A stretch of DNA of 18,117 nucleotides from a bacterium (GTDB lineage: Bacteria; SZUA-182; DTGQ01; JAFGSM01): contig JBLIRP010000075.1 in the NCBI GenBank assembly GCA_049472355.1, positions 1 through 18,117 of the forward strand. Reading direction: 5' to 3'. This document shows positions 1 through 8,242 of the stretch, piece by piece; within the stretch, counting starts at the first letter, position 1, and every line of letters starts with the position of its first letter. The notes under the pieces are model-generated. The model saw only the letters and a list, made by a program, of their open reading frames with translations. It was not told the origin of the DNA and searched no databases. The position numbers were made by a program, and so were the translations under genes.

Positions 1-1
1 G

Positions 2-928
2 ACTAGGCAGTATTTTTCGGTTCTGTGCCTCAGTTTAATGGTACTGTTCTTAAGTGTTCTTTTTACTTCATTTACTCTGCATGCCCAGACCACCTACAAT
101 CCCTACTCCTATAGTCCTTACGGCTATTCAGGCTACGGCTACAGTCCCTACGGATACTCAGGCTACGGCTACAGTCCCTACGGATACTCAGGCTACGGCA
201 CCAGCCCTTACGGATACTCAGGCTACGGCTACAGTCCCTACGGCTATTCAGGCTACGGCACCAGCCCTTACGGATACTCAAGCTACGGCACCAGCCCCTA
301 CGGATACTCAGGCTACGGCTACAGCCCCTACGGATACTCAAGCTACGGCACCAGCCCTTATGGATACTCAAGCTACGGCACCAGCCCCTACGGATACTCA
401 AGCTACGGCACCAGTCCCTACGGATACTCAGGCTACGGCACCAGTCCCTACGGATACTCAGGCTACGGCACCAGCCCCTACGGATACTCAGGCTACGGCT
501 ACAGTTCCTTATACGGAAGTCCCTATGGGAGCATTGGGGGCCTCTCCGGGCTCTCCTTATATGGAGGGGGACTTGGAGGAATTTACGGAGGCGGATTAGG
601 TCTCTTGGGAGGGCTGGGGAGCCTCGGCGGAATCAGTTCCTTGTACGGACTCTCTGGAATCGGCGGACTCGGCGGACTTTATGGTGTTGATCCTCTGCTT
701 GGACTCGGCGGACTCTCTGGACTCGGCGGACTCAGCGGACTCGGCGGACTCGGATCTGTTTCACCGTTCTCCTTATCGAACCTCTTCTATCCGATTCAGA
801 CCGCAGGCGGATTGAGCTACCAGATCCCTTACTTACAGCTTGCACCGCTTCTTGGAGTGGGTGGACTCTACTCCCAGCTTTTCCCGTACCTGTTTGATCC
901 TACAGCGACCACGACGACAACGCAATAG
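2..928 (+). CDS. Secreted Tyr/Gly/Ser/Pro-rich tandem-repeat low-complexity protein of unknown function (5' end probably just outside the window)
   Basis: The ORF track starts at 38, but the frame is open from base 2 (TRQYFSVLCLSL-MVLFLSVLFTSFTLHA|Q). This gives a classic Sec signal peptide, and base 1 (g) could be the end of a start codon. Most repeat-unit variation is synonymous in this frame (ggc/gga, tat/tac, agt/agc, ccc/cct). The stop is TAG at 926-928, followed by a strong terminator. Confidence 0.85.
   Translation, partial: TRQYFSVLCLSLMVLFLSVLFTSFTLHAQTTYNPYSYSPYGYSGYGYSPYGYSGYGYSPYGYSGYGTSPYGYSGYGYSPYGYSGYGTSPYGYSSYGTSPYGYSGYGYSPYGYSSYGTSPYGYSSYGTSPYGYSSYGTSPYGYSGYGTSPYGYSGYGTSPYGYSGYGYSSLYGSPYGSIGGLSGLSLYGGGLGGIYGGGLGLLGGLGSLGGISSLYGLSGIGGLGGLYGVDPLLGLGGLSGLGGLSGLGGLGSVSPFSLSNLFYPIQTAGGLSYQIPYLQLAPLLGVGGLYSQLFPYLFDPTATTTTTQ
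119..508 (+). repeat. 13 tandem copies of a 30-bp coding repeat (consensus tacggatactcaggctacggcaccagcccc; YGYS[G/S]YG[Y/T]SP)
   Basis: Read directly: units start every 30 bp from 119 to 479. Confidence 0.97.
701..754 (+). repeat. Six copies of a 9-bp coding repeat ggactcNNN (GLG/GLS tripeptides)
   Basis: ggactcggc ggactctct ggactcggc ggactcagc ggactcggc ggactcgga. Confidence 0.85.
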
Positions 929-970
929 ACTGTCACTGCGTGTGGGTTATCTAAACCCCAGTCCTTTAAA

Positions 971-1016
971 GGGTAGCCCGCCCGCCGATACGGCGGGCGG
1001 GCTACCCGCTTTTTAT
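971..1016. terminator. Intrinsic terminator, probably bidirectional, between the convergent repeat-protein gene and rlmB
   Basis: Perfect 17-bp inverted repeat gggtagcccgcccgccg-ata-cggcgggcgggctaccc (971-1007). It is followed by gctttttat on + and by a shorter ttt on the minus strand. Confidence 0.88.
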
Positions 1017-1054
1017 CTCTAAACGGCGCCCTAAAAAATCCGCCGGTATCCCCT

Positions 1055-1816
1055 TCACCGATGGGCATCCATATATCCGGGAATTCGTATCATCCTCTGT
1101 CTGAGCATCTCGTACATGAGGATACCGCCGGCCACGCTGACATTCAACGAGCCGATGGAACCCATCATGGGAAGACGGACGATCATATCGCATTCCTCGC
1201 GCAGAAGCCTCCTGATCCCCTTGCCCTCTCCTCCCAGAACAAGGGCGAAGGGGCAGGCGAAATCCATCTGAAACCACAGGTCCTTACCGGCGGCATCGGC
1301 CCCGACAATCCAGAGGCCCTTATTTTTAAGTATGGCGCAGGTTTGAACGAGATTGGCCACCCGGACAACCAGGGTGCATGCCGTTGCGCCTGCCGAGGTC
1401 TTGGCGACCACCGGGGTTATATCCGCCGAGCGGTGCTTGGGCAGAACGATCCCCTGGACACCCGCGGCATGTGCGGTTCTGACAAGCGCCCCCAGGTTGC
1501 GGGGATCCTCGATGCCGTCCAGGATAAGCACAAAGGGGGGGGAAGAACTCCCCTGGAGCGTCTGAAGGAGATCATCGAGTGAATGTTCGGGGGGAGGCTG
1601 GGTCTCGGCGACCACCCCCTGGTGGACCCTTCCGGGGAACAGCTCCTCGACCCGCTGCCGGGGAACCCTGACGATGGGCACCCCCTGCTCGTGCGCCCGC
1701 TGCTCGATCCTCTCGACGAGGTACCCGTGCGCATCCTGGGCCATGATAATTCTCCCCACCGGTGTCCCGGTGGAAAGGATCTCCAGCACCGGACGGCGAC
1801 CGAAATAAAGGGCCAT
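1055..1816 (-). CDS. rlmB: 23S rRNA (Gm2251) 2'-O-methyltransferase, SpoU/TrmH family
   Basis: Motifs ILDGIEDPRNLGALVRTA, LGGEGKGIRRL and IGSLNVSVAGGILMYE, plus HQGVVA in the N-domain. Start moved to the ATG at 1816 (MALYFGRRPV), which has an upstream AGAGGA RBS. Lies downstream of cysS, as is common. Confidence 0.93.
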   Translation of the reverse strand: MALYFGRRPVLEILSTGTPVGRIIMAQDAHGYLVERIEQRAHEQGVPIVRVPRQRVEELFPGRVHQGVVAETQPPPEHSLDDLLQTLQGSSSPPFVLILDGIEDPRNLGALVRTAHAAGVQGIVLPKHRSADITPVVAKTSAGATACTLVVRVANLVQTCAILKNKGLWIVGADAAGKDLWFQMDFACPFALVLGGEGKGIRRLLREECDMIVRLPMMGSIGSLNVSVAGGILMYEMLRQRMIRIPGYMDAHR

Positions 1817-1829
1817 GGAATCGTTTCCT

Positions 1830-3251
1830 CTATTTTGCCCGCCAGATGGTTTTTCCGCCAGGCTGATCCTCAAGCAGGATATCGAGGTCGACAAGACGGT
1901 CCCTGATCAGGTCGGCTGTGGCCCAGTCCCGTTTCTGCCGCGCCGAGGAACGAACCTCGATCAGTATCCCGATCAGGTCCCCTGCGAGATGACCCACCTC
2001 GCCCTTATCCTCCCCCTGAAAGAGGGTCAGTACCTGACCGAGATCCTGCACGGCCTTCTTGGAGGCCCGCAGGTCCGCTATCGCCTGGGCATCCACGGGG
2101 GATTCCCTTAGGAGAAGATTGATCCCCTTGATGAACTCGAAGATGTGCCCCAACGCACCCGCCGTATTGAAATCGTCATCCATGGCCGCATCGAATGCAC
2201 CCTTGAGGGCGCATATCCGCTCCCGGCATGCCTCGCTCGGGTGAAGATCCCCGGCGGGTCCCTCCAGACGCTCGATGTTCTGAAATGCGGTATATACCCG
2301 CTCCAGTGCCCGCTGGGCCTCCTCGATCCTTTCCGGGGTAAAATCGATGGGGCTTCGATAGTGGGTGGAGGCAAGGAAATAGCGCACCGCCTCGGCCGGA
2401 AACTCGGAGAGGATATCCCGGATGGTACAGAAATTCTTGAGTGACTTGGACATCTTCTCCTGGTTTATGCTCACGAATCCGTTATGGAGCCAGTAGCGGG
2501 CAAAGGGTTTCCCCGTCGCCGCCTCGGACTGGGCAATCTCATTTTCATGATGGGGGAAGATGAGGTCCTCGCCCCCCCCGTGGATATCAAAGGTGTCCCC
2601 CAGATATCGTTGAGACATCACGGAACATTCTATATGCCAGCCGGGCCTGCCCGGTCCCCACGGACTTTCCCATGTAGGCTCCCCCGGTTTCGATCGTTTC
2701 CAGAGGGCAAAATCGAGCGGGTCCTCCTTGCGCTCGTCGATCTCCACCCGGGCCCCGGAACGCATCTCATCCACGTTTCTTCCCGAGAGCTTGCCGTAGT
2801 CCTTGAATTGCCGCACACTGAAAAAGACATCACCCTCCCGCTCATAGGCAAAGCCCTTCTCAATAAGCACGCTCACCAGGCGTATCATGTCCTGGATATG
2901 GTCGGTGGCCTTGGGTTCAATGGTGGCGGGCCGCACCCCCATTCGCCCGAAATCCTCCTCGTAGGCATGGATATAGCGGCAGGCCACCTCATCGGGATTA
3001 CACCCCTCCTCGCAGGCACGGTTGATGATCTTGTCATCCACATCGGTGAAATTCCGCACGTAGGTCACCTGGTATCCCTTGTATTCCAGGTAGCGACGGA
3101 TGATGTCAAAGACGAGGGCGCCCCGGGCATGACCGAGGTGGCACAGGTCATACACCGTTACCCCGCACACGTACATTCCCACCTTCCCGGGGGCCAGGGG
3201 GCTGAATGCCTCCTTTTTCCGGGTCAAGGTGTTGTAAACCATTACACTCAT
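1830..3251 (-). CDS. cysS: Cysteine--tRNA ligase
   Basis: MYVCGVTVYDLCHLGHAR (HIGH-type motif), GRPGWHIECS, DIHGGGEDLIFPHHENE, KMSKS and MDDDFNT. Confidence 0.98.
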   Translation of the reverse strand: MSVMVYNTLTRKKEAFSPLAPGKVGMYVCGVTVYDLCHLGHARGALVFDIIRRYLEYKGYQVTYVRNFTDVDDKIINRACEEGCNPDEVACRYIHAYEEDFGRMGVRPATIEPKATDHIQDMIRLVSVLIEKGFAYEREGDVFFSVRQFKDYGKLSGRNVDEMRSGARVEIDERKEDPLDFALWKRSKPGEPTWESPWGPGRPGWHIECSVMSQRYLGDTFDIHGGGEDLIFPHHENEIAQSEAATGKPFARYWLHNGFVSINQEKMSKSLKNFCTIRDILSEFPAEAVRYFLASTHYRSPIDFTPERIEEAQRALERVYTAFQNIERLEGPAGDLHPSEACRERICALKGAFDAAMDDDFNTAGALGHIFEFIKGINLLLRESPVDAQAIADLRASKKAVQDLGQVLTLFQGEDKGEVGHLAGDLIGILIEVRSSARQKRDWATADLIRDRLVDLDILLEDQPGGKTIWRAK

Positions 3252-3331
3252 GTCAGGAGACTCCTCTATTGAAGATAGTGACCGTGTGCCCCTTCCGCCC
3301 CGGCGGGTTCAGCCGGGCCGTAACGCTGCAT

Positions 3332-3823
3332 CTATTCCCCTGTGCCGGACACGTCGCAGGGGGCGAGGCACACCACCGCATATGCGGCGATACCCTCCCG
3401 CGCGAAGAGGATCAGCCCGTTCGTGGTGGTGGCCTTGATGGAAACCCTGTCCGGTGCAATGCCGAGGGTCCGGGCAATGGCCGCGGCCATTGCCTTTTTA
3501 TACGGGGTAATGCGCGGGGCGTCCGCGACGATCGTGGTGTCGATCTGATTCACCCGATATCCGCACTCATCAAGAAGACCGGCAACCTCCCCCAAAAGAA
3601 GGAGGCTCGAAATGCCGCGATATCGCTCGTCCGTATCGGGAAAACGCTCCCCGATGTCCCCTTTGCCCAGCGCACCAAGCACGGCATCACATATGGCATG
3701 CACCAGGCAGTCGGCATCGGAATGCCCTGACAGCCCCTTGGGATAGGGAATACTGACACCGCCGAGCACCAGCGGCCTGCCTTCCTCGAGGGGATGAAGA
3801 TCGTATCCTATCCCTACCCTCAT
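3332..3823 (-). CDS. ispF: 2-C-methyl-D-erythritol 2,4-cyclodiphosphate synthase
   Basis: MRVGIGYDLH, GHSDAD, HAICDAVLGA, GDIG..FPD and SIKATT. The ATG at 3823 overlaps the ispD stop (ATGA). Confidence 0.96.
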   Translation of the reverse strand: MRVGIGYDLHPLEEGRPLVLGGVSIPYPKGLSGHSDADCLVHAICDAVLGALGKGDIGERFPDTDERYRGISSLLLLGEVAGLLDECGYRVNQIDTTIVADAPRITPYKKAMAAAIARTLGIAPDRVSIKATTTNGLILFAREGIAAYAVVCLAPCDVSGTGE

Positions 3824-4524
3824 GGACATACCCCCATGCGCAGAATGCACTCCGCGTATGTAAGGTCCCCGGGATGGGTCACCTTGATATTCCAAGGGCT
3901 TCCCGGTATGATCCGCACGGGATGGGGAATCCGCTCAACCAATGACGCCTCGTCAGTGCCGTAAAAGCCGTCGCTCCGGGCTCGGGAGTGGGCCTCCTTC
4001 AGCACTGAGGCCCGAAATGCCTGGGGTGTCTGCGCTACCCACAGGCCGTTCAGGGGGGGAGTGGACATGATGATACCATCGTCATTCACGCACTTGGGGG
4101 TCTCGGTGATCCTGAGACCCAGTATGCACGCACCGCATTGCCGGGCCTCGTGAATGCACCGGGCGATCCCTTCCTGATCCACAAAGGGGCGGGCGCCGTC
4201 ATGCACGATGACGATATCATCGTTCCCCGTGGCGTGCCAAATCTCCTTCAGCCCCTGGGAAACGGAATCCTGCCGCTCGGCGCCCCCCTCGACAATCCGC
4301 CGCACCTTGGGAAGATCGTGCGGGGCGACGATTTCCTGCCTGACCCGCGTGACCTCACCCCTTCGCACCACCACGATGATGTCATCGACCAGGGGCGACC
4401 TCTGGAACCTGAGGAGCGTATGGGTGAGAAGGGGCACACCGGCAAGGGGGATATACTGCTTGGGCATCCCCTCCCCGATCCTGGTGCCGCTCCCTGCAGC
4501 GGGGATGATGGCGTATACGTTCAC
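3820..4524 (-). CDS. ispD: 2-C-methyl-D-erythritol 4-phosphate cytidylyltransferase
   Basis: AIIPAAGSGTR, PKQY, GGAERQDSV, VHDGARP, QTPQAF, GTDEASLVE and NIKVT. The likely start is GTG at 4524 (the ORF track start is 4569). Confidence 0.95.
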   Translation of the reverse strand: MNVYAIIPAAGSGTRIGEGMPKQYIPLAGVPLLTHTLLRFQRSPLVDDIIVVVRRGEVTRVRQEIVAPHDLPKVRRIVEGGAERQDSVSQGLKEIWHATGNDDIVIVHDGARPFVDQEGIARCIHEARQCGACILGLRITETPKCVNDDGIIMSTPPLNGLWVAQTPQAFRASVLKEAHSRARSDGFYGTDEASLVERIPHPVRIIPGSPWNIKVTHPGDLTYAECILRMGVCP

Positions 4525-4688
4525 CGTGCTATGAATCCTCGATATCAGAAGAAGGGCGAAACGGTACATCCATCGATCACGGCGATGGACATGACCCGCT
4601 CACGCACAGGTGTGCCGGCATCCATCCTCATTGATTGATGTGATCGGCATTCATGCCCGTACCCAATGAATTCGCAAGGAGATAAACC

Positions 4689-5168
4689 CTACACCTCAAA
4701 GATGCGTTCGAGCTGTTCCTGGGCCTGCACAGGTGTTATCTTTTGGGCATGAGAGAGCTCGGTCACGATGAGGTCCTTGGTATCCTCGAGCATCTTCTTC
4801 TCACCGAAGCTCAACTCGCGCCGTTGTTTCAGAAGGCTCAAATTGCGGAACACGGCAGCCATCTGGAATATGGAGCCACTTTTGAGTCGATCGAGGTTAT
4901 CCTTGTACCGCCTGGTCCAGTTTGCGGACATCTCATCGATGTCCCCCTTGAGGATCTCGAAGACCTTGCTTACCTCTTCAGGACCTATCAACTGGCGAAG
5001 TCCGACCGCCTCCGCATTATCCGTCGGAACCATAACCATGCTGTTATCGGACAATATCCTCAAGATATAGAATTGTTGCGCGCTTCCCTGAATCTCCCGG
5101 ACCTCGATGGCTTCGACCTTACCTACACCCAAGGTAGGATAGACGATCTCTTCACCAACCTCAAACAT
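4689..5168 (-). CDS. carD: CarD/CdnL family RNA polymerase-binding transcription factor
   Basis: MFEVGEEIVYPTLGVGKVEAIE Tudor-like N-domain, VMVP, GLR, the conserved Trp in NWTRRY, and LSFGEKKML. The carD-ispD-ispF order is typical. RBS AAGGAG. Confidence 0.92.
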   Translation of the reverse strand: MFEVGEEIVYPTLGVGKVEAIEVREIQGSAQQFYILRILSDNSMVMVPTDNAEAVGLRQLIGPEEVSKVFEILKGDIDEMSANWTRRYKDNLDRLKSGSIFQMAAVFRNLSLLKQRRELSFGEKKMLEDTKDLIVTELSHAQKITPVQAQEQLERIFEV

Positions 5169-5234
5169 AGGCCCATCTCCTTATTATTGGATACGTTAGA
5201 CCGCTTTGGCAGAGCATCTGTAGTGGCAGGGAAC

Positions 5235-5243
5235 ATTATACCA
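5235..5243 (-). promoter_or_regulatory. Extended -10 promoter (TGGTATAAT) upstream of carD
   Basis: The minus strand reads ...cctaTGgTATAATg about 67 nt before the carD ATG. There is no well-spaced -35; TTGACC is only 12 nt away. Confidence 0.6.
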
Positions 5244-5307
5244 TAGGTCGCCGGTCAATAAAACTACGCACAAATTCTCATTTGTTTTCAAAGTGTTATG
5301 GAAAGAC

Positions 5308-6726
5308 CTACAGGCGGTTGGGCTGTGATTTCGACTGACCCCGTCTTTTTCGTGGATGGTTGTCAAAGACCAGCCCTATGGCCTCCTGCACCGTCTCCGC
5401 ATAGATGACCTCGGGCCCCCCCTGCCCGCTCCCCCCTTCGGACCTATTGGCGGCGGGCAGAAGGCAGGTGCGGAATCCCCGCTTTCCGATCTCCTTGCGC
5501 CGCACGGAGGATTGGTACACCGCCCTGATCTCGCCGGTCAGGCCCACCTCGCCCACGATCGCCAGGTCGGGCGGCACAGGAAGGTCCTTGAGGCTTGAAT
5601 AGATGGACAGTATGATCCCCAGGTCCACGGCGGGCTCGTCGAGCTTCAGCCCCCCCACCACGTTCAGATAGATGTCCTTGTCCTGCAGATAGAGTCCCAG
5701 CCGCTTTTCGAGCACCGCGATCAGGAGGGCCGCCCTGTTGGGGTCCACCCCGTTGCAGGTGCGCCTGGCCATGCCGATGGTCCCCGGGGAGACCAACGCC
5801 TGGATCTCCACCAGGATCGGCCGGGTGCCTTCGAGACTGCACACCACCGTGGAGCCCGCATACGGTTCCTGATGGGGGTTGAGAAAGAGCTTCGAGGGTT
5901 CCAGCACCTCCACCAGGCCCCGGTCGGTCATCTCGAACAGACCGATCTCGTTGGTGGGACCAAACCGGTTCTTCACGCTCCTGAGGATACGAAAGGCATG
6001 GTGGCGATCTCCCTCCAGGCCGAGGACCGTGTCCACGATATGCTCGAGCACCTTCGGCCCGGCAATGGCCCCCTCCTTGGTCACGTGTCCCACCAGGAAC
6101 GTGGATATGTTCATCTGCTTGGAGAGATACATCCACTGGGTGGCAAGATCCCTGATCTGGCTCAGGCTCCCCGGGGGGCTCTCGATACGTTCCGTGTAGG
6201 TGGTTTGTATGGAATCGAGCACGATGATCCCCGGCTTAAGGGGATCGATGTGAGTCATGATCCGTTCCATGCAGGTGCCCGTATAGATGTGCAGTCCGGG
6301 GGAGGAAAGTCCCAGACGATCGGAGCGGATCTTTATCTGCCGGGCGGATTCCTCTCCCGATATGTACAGGACCTTCTCCAGGGCCGCCAGGCGGTCCGAC
6401 ATCTGTAAGAGGAGGGTGGACTTACCGATCCCCGGATCGCCGTAGACGAGGATAACGGAGCCCCTGACCAGGCCTCCCCCCAGGACCCGGTCCCACTCCT
6501 CCGCCCCCAGCCTGATCCGCTCCCCCTCGTCCGCCTCCAGTTCGGGCAGGGGCAACGGAGGGGCATCGAATGAGGCAACTCCCTTGGGAAAACCGGCGGG
6601 TGTGCTCCTTCCGGTCTTGGGTTCAGGGACCTCCGCCAGGGAGTTCCATTCCCCGCATTCCGGGCAGCGGCCCATCCACTTGAGGGAGCGAAATCCGCAC
6701 GACTGGCAGACAAAGGGGTGGGCCAT
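5308..6726 (-). CDS. radA: DNA repair protein RadA/Sms
   Basis: N-terminal CQSC...CPEC zinc finger, Walker A GDPGIGKST, the KNRFG motif, and a C-terminal Lon-like domain (EGTRPILVEIQAL, GEVGLTGEIR). Confidence 0.97.
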   Translation of the reverse strand: MAHPFVCQSCGFRSLKWMGRCPECGEWNSLAEVPEPKTGRSTPAGFPKGVASFDAPPLPLPELEADEGERIRLGAEEWDRVLGGGLVRGSVILVYGDPGIGKSTLLLQMSDRLAALEKVLYISGEESARQIKIRSDRLGLSSPGLHIYTGTCMERIMTHIDPLKPGIIVLDSIQTTYTERIESPPGSLSQIRDLATQWMYLSKQMNISTFLVGHVTKEGAIAGPKVLEHIVDTVLGLEGDRHHAFRILRSVKNRFGPTNEIGLFEMTDRGLVEVLEPSKLFLNPHQEPYAGSTVVCSLEGTRPILVEIQALVSPGTIGMARRTCNGVDPNRAALLIAVLEKRLGLYLQDKDIYLNVVGGLKLDEPAVDLGIILSIYSSLKDLPVPPDLAIVGEVGLTGEIRAVYQSSVRRKEIGKRGFRTCLLPAANRSEGGSGQGGPEVIYAETVQEAIGLVFDNHPRKRRGQSKSQPNRL

Positions 6727-6730
6727 GGCG

Positions 6731-8242
6731 CTAAAAACCGGGCAGGGGAAGCTTGCCCAGGAGGTACTTCAGATCCTCGTCCTCAAAGGTGAATCCGGCC
6801 CCCGCAAAGAAGCTCCGGGTGTCCGAATTGCCGAAATCGTCCCATCCGACGTTGATGATGAAGTGCCGCTTGATTATGGTCTGGGCGAACAGCTTCAGGT
6901 GCGGTTTCGTCTCCCCGAAATCCCATCCCTCCACACCGAACCACAGGTTCTCGCCGAAGGGATGGTACTCGATGCCCGCACCCCCGGTTGATTCCATGAG
7001 CCCGCCCTTGAAGAGAAGGGGGCCGAACTGCTTCGCCATGAGAATGTTGAAGAGCAGTTTATCCTCGGTCTCTTCCTCGATGAGGGTGACCGTGCCGTTG
7101 GGATCCATCACCCGCCGGGTGGTGGTGACGTGTTCGTCGAAGTCATCCACAAGCTCGAGCAGGTAGTATTTGCCCTCCCGCGGCTGGAACTTGAGGGAGA
7201 AATAGGACTTTGACTGGTCGTATTCCGTGAGGTACTCCGACCTGAATCCAAGGTGCAGGCTGAAGGACTCCGCCTTGCCCACCATGGCGTTGAGCCCCCC
7301 CAGGGTGCCGGAGAGGTCCTCGTACACCTTGTCATCGGTGACCAGCTTGCCGATCGTTCCCTCCCCCCGGTTCACCCTCTCGGAGATCTCACTGATCTGT
7401 TTGAGGGTGAAATCGAGTCGTCGGCTTGCATCGGCGAACCCCTTGAGGGTGGCGCCCACGCCGTAACCGTTGGGGTCCATGAGCCCCTTCAGGGCATCCG
7501 TGGCATCCGCGATATCACGCATCATTCCGGGGCCGTGTTCCGCAAGATCGGAGGAAAACGAACCGAAGTCGTGAATGATGCCGGCGATCCGGTCACTGTT
7601 GTTCTGAAGCAATCCATTCAGCTCTTCCGTGAAATCCGCAAGGTTGCGAACCAGCCGGTTCACCTCCTGCTGGTTCTGGGCCACCACGTTGTTCATGCCG
7701 GTGGTCATGCCCTCCATATTTTCCATGATCTTGATGAGACGGGCCTGTCCCTCCTGGGTGCCGACCACCGCCTTCATGGCGGCGGCGATATCGATGAGCT
7801 GCTCGGCAAGGGTCCCCAGGTATTCGGACATCTCATCCACATCCTTGGTCACGTAGCCCCTGGAAATGCGGTCCCCGTCCCCCAGCAAGGGCAACGGCTC
7901 GATTCCCGGATCGATCTCCACATACTTTTCGCCCATAAGCCCCAAGGATCGAATCCGGGCGATGGCATTCTCCCGTATCCGGATGCCCTCGCGTATCCAC
8001 AGGGTAAGCTCGGGCCGCTCGTCAACCAGGGCGATCTCCTTTATATATCCGGCATCCACCCCGCTCACCTTCACCCGTGCCTTCGGGTCCAATCCCGCCA
8101 CCGTGCTGAAGGAGACCTTCAGGTGATACCCCTCACCCTGATTGAAGGTATACCGCCCGGCCCGAAAGGTCAAAAAGGCAAGGACGAACAGGGACAGAAG
8201 GACAACAAGCCCCACCTTGGCCTCGGTGGATATCCCTATCAC
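6731..8242 (-). CDS. mlaD: Long MCE/MlaD family protein: TM anchor, MCE domain, helical stalk and beta-rich C-terminal domain
   Basis: EAKVGLVVL N-terminal TM segment; MCE signature AGLDPKARVKVSGVDAG...SLGLMGEKYVEIDPG; GEGTIGKLVTDD repeat motif. GTGA overlap with the mlaF stop. Confidence 0.9.
   Translation of the reverse strand: MIGISTEAKVGLVVLLSLFVLAFLTFRAGRYTFNQGEGYHLKVSFSTVAGLDPKARVKVSGVDAGYIKEIALVDERPELTLWIREGIRIRENAIARIRSLGLMGEKYVEIDPGIEPLPLLGDGDRISRGYVTKDVDEMSEYLGTLAEQLIDIAAAMKAVVGTQEGQARLIKIMENMEGMTTGMNNVVAQNQQEVNRLVRNLADFTEELNGLLQNNSDRIAGIIHDFGSFSSDLAEHGPGMMRDIADATDALKGLMDPNGYGVGATLKGFADASRRLDFTLKQISEISERVNRGEGTIGKLVTDDKVYEDLSGTLGGLNAMVGKAESFSLHLGFRSEYLTEYDQSKSYFSLKFQPREGKYYLLELVDDFDEHVTTTRRVMDPNGTVTLIEEETEDKLLFNILMAKQFGPLLFKGGLMESTGGAGIEYHPFGENLWFGVEGWDFGETKPHLKLFAQTIIKRHFIINVGWDDFGNSDTRSFFAGAGFTFEDEDLKYLLGKLPLPGF

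Noticed and set aside
119..508. CRISPR-like 30-bp periodicity
   Set aside because: It is an in-frame coding tandem repeat without spacers.
54..599. Alternative-frame ORF with TDTQATAPAP repeats, and the antisense ORF 72-401
   Set aside because: These are shadows of the 30-bp repeat. Unit-to-unit changes are mostly synonymous in the YG frame and non-synonymous here, and only the YG frame has a full signal peptide.
3252..3331. T-box or terminator before cysS
   Set aside because: The gap is only 80 bp, with a 6-bp hairpin (cccggc/gccggg) and no T-box consensus or U-tract.
4525..4688. Remnant of a PIN/TRAM gene between carD and ispD
   Set aside because: Only a 28-codon minus-strand ORF is present, with no convincing similarity.
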